Shown one piece after another: positions 1 through 13,949 of a stretch of DNA of 64,000 bases (its first letter is position 1; every line of letters begins with the position of its first letter). This DNA is from Podarcis cretensis (Eukaryota), in contig OX638154.1 in assembly GCA_951804945.1 (NCBI GenBank), forward strand, positions 49,538,001 to 49,602,000, written 5' to 3'. The notes below the pieces were generated by a model, which was given only the letters and a program-made list of their open reading frames with translations, had not been told where the DNA came from and did not search any database. Made by a program: the position numbers and the translations under genes.

Positions 1-1354
1 GCACCACACCAAATACTTACATTCAAACAACACAAAGTGTTTCACACTTTTTGCTCATGAACATACAGCACACAGACCCCTCCAGCTCACGAGACGTGCA
101 CTGTCTGGTTAACGCAGGCTGTTTGTGACACTGATGTCCGTTCAGAATTTCGGGAATGTGCTTGAATGCATCCAAAGCAGCATACCATCTGTTGTGCCAT
201 AAAGAGAATTTAATACTCATTTCGATCTGAAAGAACCGAGACAGAACCAATTAGCTCTGCATGAGCCGTTCTGCAGCCTGCGCTAGAATCTGGTTTAACT
301 TTTCCCTCTGTGCTGAGGATAGTATGGGAATGCATCATATGGGATTAACTGTGCTTCCACTCAGTGACATTGTTCCTTGGCATTTTCGGCACCATCACCC
401 CAAGGAATGCTTGTGTTCCCCCCTGATTTTCCAAGAGCCCACCCAGCACTTTCTTGCCTCCCTCCCTATCTTATCCTGAATGCTGATAATGGGAAGCCAC
501 ACTGATAAGAGAAAATCAAACCTGCATACTCCCTCGTTTCTATGGATCGGGGAGTACAGCAACAGTCGTACTGCCTGAGCACATTCCACTTCTCCAAACA
601 ATTACTATTTCAACATACTGTAAGTGATCAATGGCCAATTTCTTAACCCCAGCTGGGAGAACAATTATTAGACCTTGCCTAGCTAAGCTGCTATTAGAGG
701 GCCACACCTCTGAGCCATGAGATCATTGCTCCTCCTTCCCAGAAGTTATGGATGTGTGGATCGGCCATCCCATTGTGAGTGGAGCCTGCCATGGCAGAAG
801 GAATGTACTTGCATGCTGTTTTTTCCTGGACAACCCAGCTTTTGCTCTCTGCTCCAGAAGCAGCATGCAGGACACCATGCATTATCTGGTGGACACCCCA
901 TGGGAAGTGATGACATGCCCTGAGACCTCTGCACTGTTCCATTTTGACTTTGTCCCCAGATCAGGAGCAGCTTGATTGATTCTTGAGTGCTGTTTTTGGC
1001 TTGATCAGGGAGCAGTGCTGCCAAGGGTTAAAGCTGCACAAAGGAGCAGGTGACCTCTGGCTGAGCATCCTGCATCACCTGAGAGCCTTTTGAGCATCTT
1101 CTGCTCTAGACCATCTACCATGGTCTTCAAGGATAGTTTGCTGCTGACCATCTCAGGAGGCATCTTCTAGGACTGTGGTGAAGATTCTCTCCCCTAAACC
1201 AGTAAAGCCATTGGACCATTGTTGGGAAATGGCTGAGATCAGGGGTTGCTTAAAACATTCCACTCCCTACTCTTATCTGCACAATGCATCACCTGGTGGG
1301 TTTCCTTATCCCACCATCTGCTTTTGCTGCTACAAGCACTAGTGATGTTGGTCC

Positions 1355-1964
1355 TGTGGGAATGTTCAGGGAGGCAGGAGAGAATATATTGTTTAATAAT
1401 ATCCTTCCTAACTTGTGCTAGCAAGTTCTATAACGTAGCAGAGTTTTACATTCCCCTCTTAAACGCACAGCAGGTAGCTGGTTGCACGCTTGTTTAAGCT
1501 TCTCAATATAGATTCCTGGTAATTTCCCTTATATCTCCCTCTTAAAAGAATAGACACAGCACAATCTTGTGTAAAGTATATAAAATAAGTTTACTCACAC
1601 ATTCAGTTCACAGATGGATCCCTGAAGGCAAACTTAGTTACAGAGTATATACATGTGGAATCTATCCCATATGGTAATAGTCCCTTTGTCCTCTGTTGGC
1701 CAACAGAGCATCACTAGCTAAAAAGCTGCTGGTCCTACGACGAGAGGAAGTGAGAGAGAGGGAGTGTGCAGCATGCTATGTCCTTTTGTGTTACCTGGGC
1801 AGGTAAGGTCACACCCACCTCTAGCCACATGCAAGAGGAAGTATGTCCCAGTCAGGAGGTAAGAGGAAGTTTTCTACTGACTGGACCAAACATTCCCCTG
1901 CAAGTTCACTCTAGGAAAACCAGGAATGTTGTACTTTACTGCTATTTATGTATCACATCCCACA
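1355..1964. mobile_element. Solo LTR (610 bp)
   Basis: Inverted termini TGTGGGA...TCCCACA; perfect 5-bp TSD GGTCC (1350-1354, 1965-1969). Confidence 0.75.
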
Positions 1965-2712
1965 GGTCCTAGCTTAGAAAGCAATGCTTTTCAAACTTCC
2001 TTTAGGAAGCATGAGAATGTGCACATTGAGTGGGGACAAGGCAGCCATTTAATTCTTGGAAGAGTTGGCCTGTCTCTCTACCCTGGATTTTTGCTGCCTT
2101 GTCCCCACTCTCAAAAAGTATTGGGTACTTATTAACAAACCATGATGCCAAGACAGATCAATGGGAACAAGAGGAGGAGGGGGGGCACATGACAAGGCAA
2201 TAGTGACACACCTGGGACAGAGTTACGACATCCCAACTCCCCTCAATCTGCTCCACTCTTGAAGATGTGCTCCTCCTATTCGTTCCCCTACAATGGTATC
2301 CTTTGAAAGATTAAATGCTTACACCATTCACACGGTGAGTCACTCATTTCCAACTGAAGAGGGGCAGAGGATCACAGCCTGTAGCATCATTAGCTGGGAG
2401 TTTGGCAGGCGAATGGGAGAAGAATTGCACACTGAGTTGAATTCACAAACAACATGTAAGGTTGGATACTCTGGCTCTCTCTCATATCTGCCTACTACCA
2501 AGAAAGTGTACTGCAGCCCTCAGGATCTCTGGGCCAAATTAAAAAAGACAACAAATACATAATTAGCCATTGCACAGATGGTGTCTTACAGGCAAATCGC
2601 AGGTACAGGAAGCCCAGTCTGATCTTGAGATGTGTGCAAATTAGGCAGTATGTAAATATTTTGAGAAACAAACAAATAGTTTATAGATATATTTTCTGTT
2701 CCCCATTCCAAG

Positions 2713-2816
2713 GATGTGGCCACAATGCAGTTCTGTGCCAACAAGCTGGACAAGAAAGATTTCTTTGGAAAATCCGACCCGTTCATGGTATTCTATAGGA
2801 GTAACGAGGATGGGAC
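2713..2816 (+). CDS. CPNE5: Copine-5 coding exon A (first exon in window; start of C2B): [34 protein letters not shown](T)
   Basis: AG acceptor 2711-2712, GTAAGT donor at 2817; 104 nt, phase 0 to 2; copine C2 motif [11 protein letters not shown]; DVATMQ as recalled for CPNE5 rather than CPNE8. Confidence 0.93.
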
Positions 2817-4239
2817 GTAAGTCAAAGTGCTTTTGCTTTGGGGGCAGGATAATTATTCAGATTGCAACAGAGCTTGCTTAGGTGACCTGTAGCAAAATGT
2901 TGTCCCAAGCACTCCCCCCCTCCCCCCGCCAAGAAGCATAAAATATTTCCCTTGATAATGAGTTTGTTCAAAATGTATTGGGCACCACATCCATGGTGCA
3001 GCTGCTCTCCTTTTCTAACAATAGAAGTATTATAAACCCATCCTCCTGCTCCAAACAAGGGACTCAGCTTAGAAACTAGGTAACAACAGTTGAACAACTA
3101 TGGAAAAAAATCAGCTCTGCTTCTGCGTTGCTGCAGTTTAGTTTCCGCCAAATACTACCTTATACGTTTCATGTCCCCTATTTAAGATAAGGTACCTAAC
3201 TTATGTAACATACATAACTGTTTACATAATTTACATTCACATTTCATTTTAAAGGAAACATCAAAATGCTGTAAAAAAAAAGAGGGGGAAATTAATTACA
3301 TAGTTAAATGGGGTTAGAATAGAACTATGCATGGTCTCCTTCCCATGCCCATCTTTCAGCTAGGTGTTTAATTAGGGTTTTAAAGGCCTAATTAAATATA
3401 ATCCCCACCCCAAACTTATTTGGGACTGGATGCAGGGTGGGGGTCCCCAGTTTGATCCAGATTCTGATATCCCCCCAGATTCACTGCATGAATTGGCAAG
3501 GGCTACTGGAAACCACAGCAGGGGAGATTGCAGTTGTGTTCAGGTCCTGCATTTCTTTGGCTAGTATGAGAATACAAAGCTTGACTAGATGGGCCCCTTG
3601 CCTGATAGAGCAGGCTCTTCTTATGTCATTACGTATCATCTGCAGACTTAATAATAGCAATGATATTGGTGGACACCAATTGAATTTGCTTGACAGATTT
3701 CCATTCCTGACCACAGACAAGCATGCAAATCACAGCAGCTTCTGCTTCCTTTTCCATTTTCATTGGTGTTCTCCACCCTCCCAAGATAGGGGAGACTCTG
3801 CTGAGGATTTCAGACAGCTACTACCAGCTGATCTCAGTATAAGGCCATTTCATTCATTCAGTTGCCGAGGAAGCACCTGGGGTTTATGGAAGTTGCATGT
3901 CCAAAACTATCTGGAGAGCTACAGGTTCCCGACCCCTGGCTTCTAAATTTTGATCTGCTGGCACTGAAGGCCTATGATGCTGCCCTTTGGTTGTATGCAG
4001 TTCTATTTAGGCTCCTCCAAAAGACCAGTTTCACTGAGGAAGATCCAGATACCTTTTACCAAGATGGTGCTTCGTTAGGGAGTTGTTACATTTTTAAAAG
4101 CAAGTAATCCATTTTGGTCATGGTCCAACCTTGTGTTAGTCTGCCCCTGTCCATGACTGCCTGACATTAGGGGAGCATTGTTCTTATTTATTTTTCCCTG
4201 TCTACCCTAACTCAACTGGCCTTATTTGTATCCTGCCAG

Positions 4240-4344
4240 ATTTACCATCTGCCACAAAACCGAAGTGGTGAAGAACACTTTGAACCCTGTATGGCAGTCC
4301 TTTGCTATCCCGGTGCGGGCCCTGTGCAATGGAGACTATGACAG
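4240..4344 (+). CDS. CPNE5: Copine-5 exon B: [34 protein letters not shown](R)
   Basis: CAG acceptor, GTACAG donor, 105 nt, phase 2 to 2; C2 motif KNTLNPVW. Confidence 0.93.
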
Positions 4345-7300
4345 GTACAGACCCCATGGAATAAGATGCCGCTTTGATAACTGTGTGTTAGAGGAAAGGA
4401 TCACGAGGTCTTACAGGAAAGCAACACTGAGGGAGGCTTGGATCCAACATAATGTCACAGAGGCCCCAAAAATTGTGCTCTAAATTCTAGATGCTGGGGA
4501 TAAGCAATGCAGGTGTGCTCTTGCCTTCAAGCTTCACTTGTGGGCTTTCTGGAAGCCCCTGGGTGGTCACGGCTGGAAAAATAGGAAGCTGGACTCCATG
4601 GTCCCTTGTTCTGGTTGAGCAGGATCTTTCGTTTGCTCTTAGGTTCAAAATAAGAAAAGCATGCAGCAATCGACAACAGCTCCCTTTTGCCTCTGCAAAC
4701 AGTAACTGTCAATTTCACCTCTTCCTATTGTATTAGCAACTGCACTGATTCTTTGACTTCATAGGGATCACAAGCCCTTTGAGGATTAAGGCTTTCGGGG
4801 CCAGACCCTGAGAGCCTCCTGCAACTTTCAGAGCTGTATAGTGAGATCTGGTAATATGCATTAACTGTGCTACCACCACCAGTACTCAGTCAATTCATTC
4901 ACTACCCACATGCTGCAGTGAGTGGGATTTAAACTGAGCTGAGAGTGGGGATCAGTGGTGACTGGTGTCCATTGGGACTGGAAGGGCAGACTGCAGGGAG
5001 AGGGAGCCCAAACAGTAGGTGGAGCCAAAGCCGAGGAGAGGCAAAGCCAGCTAATTCTCGTTTCCTTCCTATTTGCCTCCTTGCCAAGTTCTATAAGGGC
5101 AACACTGAGACCAAGGAAGAGGGAGCTGACAGGTTGTTGGGGCAGTGCCCCACTTGCCTGAATGGACTGGCCTTCACTGTGGGTGAAAGAAGGGAAGATG
5201 AGTGGACCATTGGAGCAGTGGAGTAGGAGATACCCCTGCTTCGTATTGACCCTTTCTGGATATAGCACTAAACTATTTTTTAGCATTATATGCACACATG
5301 AAGATGAGGTCGGACTTGCTTTTAAACTTACCAGAGTTCCGTATTTATGTCCAAACTCTGGTTACTTTAAATGATGGTATGTTCAATAACCAAGGTCAGC
5401 TATGGCTCATGATTTCTGTAACCCAACTGGCTATGCACTATATACTGTAGAAATTGTCACATCCAGTAACAAAGTGATGTGAGTGTTTTCTCTTCCCTGG
5501 GGACTTAAGAGAATCTAAAAACCTGGGGCTCTGATCTGTTCCAAATTAGATGGCTCAGGTTCTGTCAACATAACTGAAAAGGCAAAAGTGGAGGTGGTGT
5601 GAAGAGAGACGACTCCCTAGAGAAGGCTGCTTGGAACAGAGATGTACTTAATGGGTGATTGATGGATGGAAATGAACTAAAAGGCCTGGGAAAGGTGTGA
5701 TTGAAGATGTCCTGGAGATGGATTATCTGTTTCATTTGCAAAAGCAGCTAGCATTCCTATGCCTAAAACCACAGAAAAGGTCAGTAGCAATTCAGGAGAG
5801 ATAGTCTTGCTGGGAGGGGATTGACAGTCATGTTAATCAGCGTAATAAGAGAACCTTGTACATAGGAATGCCAATTACATGAAGAATGATTGGGCCCATT
5901 ACCCAGTGCAATATATTCTTCACTCAGCTTGCGGTTGTCATAAAACACAATAGAATTCACTCTCAGCATCCGTGTGTTTACACTTGCAAGCTTGAGAGCT
6001 GTGCTTTAATTGCAGCTCTTACCACCATGAAACCTACAATGTTTACCATTGATTAGACGCTCAGCCCTGATGTAGATTTACAAAGCTGTTTTCCATGCCA
6101 GTGGTTCCTGGTGATAAAACCCAGCTATATACTGGGCAAAGTGTACATCAAATGAACAAAACGTATTCCCCACCCCTTCATTGTGGAGGAGGTATCATTT
6201 CTTGGCAGAAAAGCAAAAAAATGTGACTGAGAATGCAATCCTAATACATCTACTCAGAAGTAAGCTTCGTGGGGTTGTCTCCCAGGTAAGCAAGTGTAAG
6301 ACTATCTTAGGATCTATTCATTCATTCTGTTTCATGATAAAGAGTTCTGTGTAACTTGGAATCTTAAATCAGTAAGATATAGTACCTCATACCTATTTTG
6401 CTCAGTCATTCTCCAGAAATGGGCTGACAGCTCACTGCATTTTCCTAAATGATTTGCTTTCATATCCTTTAATACAATTCCCTTTAACTTTTTTGCTTTG
6501 CTTTGCTAAGACTTCTGAGATTTAAAAGCAAATGAACCTAATAAAATTCCTCCTGAAATGAAGTAAATAAAGAGAAGAATCTATAAGAATATTGACTCCC
6601 ACAAGGCATATTTTCTTAGGTGTAAAAATGACCCAGTTGGCTGCAACTTCTTGGCTTCATATCATAAGGCTATCTTGCTAAAATGGAAGAAAAACCACAA
6701 TGCATCATTTTCTGAAGGACTCCAGGTTGCACTCCGAAGTATCCATCAAAAAATATAGCTGAGAACACTCCATCACTTACGTTGATAATCTGTCAGTGCA
6801 TTATTATAACCATTTAGGCATGTGAAGGGTTTTGCTATGGTTATCTTATTAATCCTCACAAGCAACCATGTCACTGGAGCTCCATTTCATAAAGGGGGAA
6901 AAGGAATGGTAAAGAGCATTCAGGAACCAGAGCCCATAATAGCCCTCTAGTTCTTGCAGCTGTTCAGAGCAGTCTTCTGTGTGTTTGCTCAGAACTAAAT
7001 ACCATTGAGTTCAGTGGGGCTTGCTTTCTAGTAAGTGTGAAATTATTCCACACATACTTCCAAATATATGTGCTCTGGATTGCCTTTTTCTTAGCCTTGC
7101 CCATTCTACAAGGATGCAGTGTGCTCAACTGTGACTTTAATTTTGCCCAAACTAGCATTCACGACAAATTACTACACAACCCAATGAGGTGGCAGACATT
7201 TCCTTCAGGGTATTCTGCACTGACACATTCTGTTCTTTTAGAAAGTGACTACTGGCCTAATAAGACCTGGGATGCACTCAAGTTTTTGGATGCTAGCCAC

Positions 7301-8315
7301 ATATCTAATGACATAGTTCTATTTATGTGAATGGGTTTTCAAGTGCTTTTTGGTTCCCTCCGCCCCCATCTTCATAAATTCTCAAGTTTGATGGTTGCTG
7401 ATATGGGAGTGATTTGAATCCAGTGATACTGTTAATTTAATTTTATTTACAGATTTTCTTTTTCATTTCTGAACAGCTAAATACATCCAGATTGATATAC
7501 TTAGCGATGCAATATTGCTGGTTATGCAAGCAACATGAAACTTGAGTGCTGCAATTATTGCTTAGAAATTCTGACTAGGATCAGGATTACATTAAGCAGT
7601 TTGAAGGCAATGGAATGTTTGGTGCAATCCTGTATGTGTCTATTCAATAGAAAGCCTCAATGAATTTCGTGGGGCTTACTCCCAAGTAGGTGTGTATACA
7701 GCCATAGCATGGCACTGTTTAAAGTTCCTGGCATTGCTAGATTGTGCCCACTGGGCTTCATTTTACAGTTATTTGAATTAGCCACACATTCGCACTGAGA
7801 GGTCCATGTCTTTTTATTTGCCAATAGAGTGGATTTTCTAAGTGCCTGTTACAAGGATAATATTAGAGGAATGGTTTCCATTGGGACCTGCATATAATTC
7901 CATTGGCCCAGAAATCAGATGTTCAGTTGTGGATGAGAGCAGCCTTTGCCAACCTGGAGTCTTTCATATGTTTCATCCTACAACTCCCATCGGCCCCAGA
8001 GTAGCCTAAACCTCTGGAGGAGCCCAGGTTGGCATTGGCTTGGCTAGAGTGTAGGATTTGCCCATAGAGAAGCCAGGTTCAGTACACCAATGGAACAAAG
8101 TGAATAAGCTTGGGGAAATAGTGGGTCAGTCTGATGGTACTGTTGAACTGACAGACTCATAACTGCTTCTTGGTTGTTGAGCGTCCTTTCTGGAGCCTTT
8201 TAACTCTACCCATTTTTATTATTTTTTTAGCTTCTCCAGAAGAAACCTGAGGTGATAATACATACATAAATACATGCATACATACATCCAGCATACAAAC
8301 TGGGCAGTAGTTGTG

Positions 8316-8926
8316 TGTCGAGACCCCGAGGTTGATGAATAAAACACAAGGAAATGGATATTAGGTTAATGTTATTGGGCAAATTTAGGCCACAACTTTA
8401 TTGGTTACAGAATATGAGCAGTATTGGCTTAGGCATTGGAACTGACCCGACTATGTCTGACTCCTGCCTGTCACACAGGGAGTCCAGTAAGGGTCAACCA
8501 CCGGTAGGGGGAGCCCCGTCGATGCAAACCAACTCGAGCTCCCCCTGGGTTCCCGATGGGGTCGTGGCATGGCCCTAGTCCAGCCCCGGACTTCGGACAA
8601 GATCCACACCCCCGGATTCCTTTAATGGAATACCCTTAAGCTTGGAGGGGCAGGTGATGGCCACACCTCCCCTCCCCCATCATAAGATCAACCGATGCCT
8701 AACTGCCAAACCTTACAAAGTTGTGATGATTGCTACAAGGTAGGTGAAAACCAAATGGCCAAATGGCTTGAGCCTCAGTTTAAATGGGGCCTGGCCATGC
8801 CCCCCCAGCCAGCAGATTGGCTGGCAGATGAATGATGTGGCCAGGAACCTCCGGGAGACGTGGGACTTTGTCCTCCGCCCCTGGAGAGGAGTGGGTGGCC
8901 ATGTGGTCCACCGCAACTCCTCCCCA
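8316..8926 (-). mobile_element. Probable solo LTR
   Basis: TG...CA ends, TSD TTGTG/CTGTG (1 mismatch), CpG-richer than flanks; CCAAT, TATA-like and AATAAA in order on the - strand. Confidence 0.5.
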
Positions 8927-10754
8927 CTGTGAAGTGGAGTGGATTTCTTATTTCTCTCCCTTATCTTCCTTCTTGAAGAGAACTATATTGAATGGAAGAG
9001 AAAGTGTCTTGTGTCAATGATGCTACTATAGTAGAATCACTGGAGACCCAGTCATAGGCAGTTCCAAGGAAAAAGACTTTTGCATGTATAGAAACCTTGC
9101 CATTAAGTTTTTCAGCGTGAAGGTTTTCCACCCAAATGCTGGGTCTGCAATGTTGCCACTATAAAGTTTGCAGAATATATTTATGAAGGCAATTCTTGGC
9201 AGTGCCCAAGATCCATCTTACTCTGCTTAGAGTACACATGGGAGCCCTATATATTGCCATGAAGGCCTGCCATCAGCTTTAATTATTGTCACCATCCCTC
9301 TAATACAAATCCCTCTAGATGTTTATGTCTGTGTCTCTTGGAGCCAGTCAGAATTCATCATGGCTTGCTAATTTATGTCAGGGGCTGCATTGGTGGGGGT
9401 CAGAACTTTGTTCAAAAATGCTATTCTGGTGAAGGCTCTATACTAGAAGAGACTAATAAACAATTAGATCTGGCAATGCCCTAGAACATGTTACAATCCT
9501 CCTCTTGGGAACCACATTTAGACCTAGCGCATCAATCAGAATAGCAACCAGACAGGTTGAGATGTATTCAGTTCTTGACCTTGCCGTACTAGGGCCTCAG
9601 TTTGGAGATTATCGAAGGAAGGGTCAAAATGATTCTGGCCTTTTGCTTCTTGCAAAACTGAAAACTCGCTGCATTATCACCTACCTTCCATTTTCTTTGC
9701 TTTGAAAAGGAACAGGTCTCTCTCCGCCAGCCAAGAGTGCTCTTCTCACAACAACACAGATGGTTGAATTCTTGCTTTTAAATAAAAAACATCACACACC
9801 CTGTGAGTTATTTGACCCCCAGAGCACACAGGCAAAGGGCTGGATATGTTTCTTCAGGGTTGGTTCTCAGTGTTTCTCCCCCACCCTTCACATTCCCCCA
9901 CTTAACAGTATTTGTTTCGTTTTCTAAATTATTCTAATTTTGCTATCACTTTTCTCATCTAGAGGTGGCTTAATTTATGTGAAATATGATTCCGGCTGCC
10001 ACTGCATTTTACCTGGGTAAAATGAAAAGACTAAACCTATCTGTGACAGGGAACTGAGGATGGAAAGAGATGCAGTTCACATTTTAATGTGAACCTGCCT
10101 AATTCTCATTTCCCAGAGCAATACACAAACCAAAAGGCAGCTACTCTTCCAAATTTGAGCTTCTCTGAATTTTGTGTTGCAGCCTTCCAACCAAACATTT
10201 TGCATTCCGTTTTTGTTTTTTTGTTTTTGTTGATATCTTTACTCACCCTTCACCACACTGGCTGCTTATAGCAATTTACAAAACACAGAATTATAGTCAG
10301 TTTAAAGCAAACAGTAGCAAAAGAATAAGGTCATAGAAAGATAGAGATAGAATATTAGGGTGAAGTGTGCAGTGAAATACATATATTCATATAAACAACA
10401 TGCAAAAATACATTTAATTAAGGAAAATGACTCACAAAAATGCATGTTCATTAGGACAAACAGCATACTGTAATGTGTATATAAGGAGAGATGAGCACTA
10501 AATTGCTGCTGAATTTTTATAAGAACTTTTTAAAAAAATATTTAACTCATGATAATCAAAAGTGAGTGCTAGATCTCTGTTCTCACATTTATTTTTGATA
10601 ATTTTAAAAATAATAATAACCAGCAGAAATACTGAGCCAATAATAATAATAATAATAATAATAATTTTATTATTTATACCCTGCCAATTTGGCTGGGTTT
10701 CCCCAACCACTCTGGGCCCACTCTGGGCAGCTCCCAATAGAATATTATTATTAA

Positions 10755-10826
10755 GGAGGAGGAGGAGGAGGAGGAGGAGGAGGAGGAGAAGAAGAAGAAG
10801 AGGAAGAAGAAGAAGAAGAGGAAGAA
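10755..10826. repeat. (GAG)n(GAA)n purine microsatellite
   Basis: directly visible. Confidence 0.95.
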
Positions 10827-10945
10827 ACATATAACATTAAAAACTTCCCTAAACATTCAGATGGTTTGGGTATCTGAGTTCTGCAAAGGTAGCAATGAAG
10901 TTATGTAAATACTAGACCTCTAAAGCATATTCAAAGTACATTTCC

Positions 10946-10977
<32 letters not shown>

Positions 10978-10978
<1 letters not shown>

Positions 10979-11193
10979 AGTGGTACCTCGGGTTACATAT
11001 GCTTCAGGTTACATACGCTTCAGGTTACAGACTCCGCTAACCCAGAAATAGTGCTTCAGGTTAAGAACTTTGCTTCAGGATGAGAGCAGAAATCGTGCTC
11101 TGGCGGTGCGGCGGCAGCAGGAGGCCCCATTAGCTAAAGTGGTGCTTCAGGTTAAGAACAGTTTCAATTAAGTACTTAACCTGAGGTGCCACT

Positions 11194-11194
<1 letters not shown>
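10978..11194. mobile_element. Tigger/pogo-like MITE inserted in a (TAA)n tract
   Basis: TIR CAGTGGTACCTC...GAGGTGCCACTG; TA TSD. Confidence 0.82.
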
Positions 11195-11238
<44 letters not shown>

Positions 11239-11997
11239 TATTTCTACCCTGTCCATCTGGCTGGGTTTCCCCAGCCACACTGGGCGGCTTTCAACAGAAC
11301 CTTAAAAACAAAATAAAACTTCAAACATTAAAAACTTCCCTAAACAGGGCTGCCATCAGATGTCGTCTAAAAATAGGATAACTGTTTATTTGCTTGACAT
11401 CTGATGGGAGGGCATTCCACAGGGCAGGCATCACTACCGAGAAAGCCTTCTGCCTGGTTCCCTGTAACTTCACTTCTCACAGTGAGGGAACTTCCAGAAG
11501 GCTCTCAGCGCTGGACCTCAGTGTTCGGGCTGAATGATGGCGGTGGAGACGCTCCTTTGGGTATACTGGGTTGAGGCCATTTAGGCCTTTAAAGGTCAGC
11601 ACCAACACTTTGAATTGTGCTCAGAAATGTACTGGGAGCCAATGAAGGTCTTTGAGATATGCTGACTGCACCAATTTCACCAATCTGCTTCCTACAGAGA
11701 ATAAAATATATGGAGTTGGAGCACATTTTGTCTGCTTGAGTCTGATGTAGAGGAGGATGGGTAGAGAGTTGCAGAAGCTATTGCTAATGAAGACTGGAAG
11801 GCAACAAGGAGGGACCTGCAGCTGAAGATTTCTGTATGCTCCTGCTCAGGATCTGAGTCAGCTAGCCATGGCATTTTCCAAGATATGACATTCCACCTCC
11901 AACTTTCCACCCCTGCCCCACAACAGTCAGGGGCAGCTCAGTCTTCATCGAACTGCCTTTCCTCACTTTTCTTTAGGGTTTCTTCTGCTACATTCGA

Positions 11998-12360
11998 CGC
12001 AGGTGGCGCTGTGGGTTAAAGCCTCAGCGCCTAGGGCTTGCCGATCGAAAGGTCGGCGGTTCGAATCCCTGCGGCGGGGTGCGCTCCCGCTGCTCGGTCC
12101 CAGCGCCTGCCAACCTAGCAGTTCGAAAGCACCTCCGGGTGCAAGTAGATAAATAGGGACCGCTTACCAGCGGGAAGGTAAACGGCGTTTCCGTGTGCGG
12201 CTCTGGCTCGCCAGAGCAGCGATGTCACGCTGGCCACGTGACCCGGAAGTGTCTCCGGACAGCGCTGGCCCCTGGCCTCTTAAGTGAGATGGGCGCACAA
12301 CCCCAGAGTCTGTCAAGACTGGCCCGTACGGGCAGGGGTACCTTTACCTTTACCTTTTAC
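11998..12360 (+). mobile_element. Sauria (Squam1) SINE
   Basis: tRNA-like head with B box GGTTCGAATCC, (ACCTTT)n tail, TSD CTGCTACATTCGA. Confidence 0.9.
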
Positions 12361-12686
12361 CTGCTACATTCGATTGTACTTCTGCAAGTATGGATGTACC
12401 GTAAGCCTGTTCATATCAGATGGGCAGTTCCAGTCCCGCACATGGATGATGATCATAGAAAAGGGATCAAGGGGAGAGCTCTAAATACAGCTATAGGTAG
12501 TGACTTTCTATACAAACACCTACCCTGTGAGTAGCCAGGATTTGCAGCCAACACCTGCTGTCATTTCCAACTACTGGATGAGGAAAAGGTTAATATTTGA
12601 AAGCACACTTTCAATCAGGAAACAGAATGAGGAGAAGATTGCATTTGTTGTCTCGATCGGTGACTAGCTTGGTCCCAGTGTCATAT

Positions 12687-12700
12687 GTTTCCATGGCAAC
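12687..12700. promoter_or_regulatory. RFX X-box motif GTTTCCATGGCAAC (second copy GTAGCCATGGCAAC at 18746-18759)
   Basis: match to the palindromic RFX consensus in non-repeat intronic DNA; function not shown. Confidence 0.35.
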
Positions 12701-13483
12701 TAAAGCTAAAAATATACCACCTAAAAATGAGGGGTGGGGGTGGGGAAGGCCCACACAGCAGTCGAAACAAACTAATTAAAGATCCAATGCAGGAATTGCA
12801 AGGATAAGAGGGTGGGAGTCATTTTAATAATTTGTTTGGACTTGTTCAGAAGCAGATGAACAAGTTAAAGATGGCAGAAAATACTGTTTGCTTGAGACGC
12901 AACGCTGCAATTTCCACCAGTCAGAATGGAACAAAGGTCTATAAGACCATCGTGTTTTTTCCACCATATAATCCGAAGAGCATGCATCTAAATCAGTGCA
13001 AAAAAAAAATCGGGCTTTTGCAGAACACAGCTCCTGTCAGGTGGAGAAGAGCCTTCAACAAGGTATAATTGTGTGCATAGGGAGGGATGTCTAGCAGTGA
13101 TCTTTAGTGTGAGAATAGGGGTGTTAATAAATACACCCGAGTGTCGCTCTTTTGAAATGTGAAATATTTAGAGGGTATTAAACTGATAAGACAATATAAG
13201 CTCATGGGTTTACCACATTAAAAAATAGTGTGTACGTCTGTTCTAAGAAATTTGTGAAATTCTAAAATCTGAGAGACTGAAAGGAATTCATTTGCAGAAG
13301 GGAATAGCAAATGCACATAGAGACCCAAGAAAGAGAATGTGTGTCCTGATGTTACCAACTGGCAAGCTTTAAATTGAGTATCTGCCTGTTTTTTAGGGCT
13401 TAAACTGCCGTTTTCCGTTCTGGGTACTATAAACACAGATTAACTGTCCAAGTAGTGATACACATCAGAGTGATGGAATGTGA

Positions 13484-13766
13484 TGGAGTGAGCTCTGTCC
13501 CTGCTCCTGCCAACCTAGCAGTTCGAAAGCACGGCAGTACAAGTAGATAAATAGGTACCACTGCGGCAGGAAGGTAAACAGCATTTCCGTGCGCTGCTCC
13601 GGTTTCCATCACGGTGTTCCAGAAGCAGTTTAGTCATGCTGGCCACATGACCTGGAAAGCTGTCTGTGGACAAACGCTGGCTCCCTCAGCCTGAAAGCGA
13701 GATGAGCGTCGCAACCCCATAGTCGCCTTTGACTGGACCTAACCATCCAGGGGTCCTTTACCTTTT
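13484..13766 (+). mobile_element. Sauria SINE, 5'-truncated
   Basis: core CCTAGCAGTTCGAAAGCAC...AAGTAGATAAATAGGTACC and CCTTTACCTTT tail. Confidence 0.85.
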
Positions 13767-13949
13767 AGATCAGAGCAGCACTTCTCAACCCAAGAAGAGG
13801 TTATCAGTGCTGTCCCATTGGACTTTGCAACCCATAGACAGCCCTCATCATTGGTTAGGCGAGAAATCTCCAATTTGGGCTTTGAACGGTTATAATGCTT
13901 TTTGCTTGACTGGGTTGGGGATAAGACGGTAGGAGCTGTTTGACTGTGG

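Larger units (their letters stand above)
10640..11655 (-). mobile_element. L2-like LINE 3' region with a duplicated 3' end, (TAA)n tails and internal insertions
   Basis: GGCTGGGTTTCCCCA(A/G)CCAAC-type stem occurs twice; AAAAACTTCCCTAAACA occurs twice. Confidence 0.7.

Noticed and set aside
10498-10856. Poly-Ile/poly-Arg/poly-Leu ORFs resembling protamine-like or membrane peptides
   Set aside because: Translations of (TAA)n and (GAG/GAA)n microsatellites.
11998-12075. tRNA genes (A/B boxes here and at 34487, 43775, 50412)
   Set aside because: They are SINE heads continuing into SINE bodies; no complete cloverleaf.
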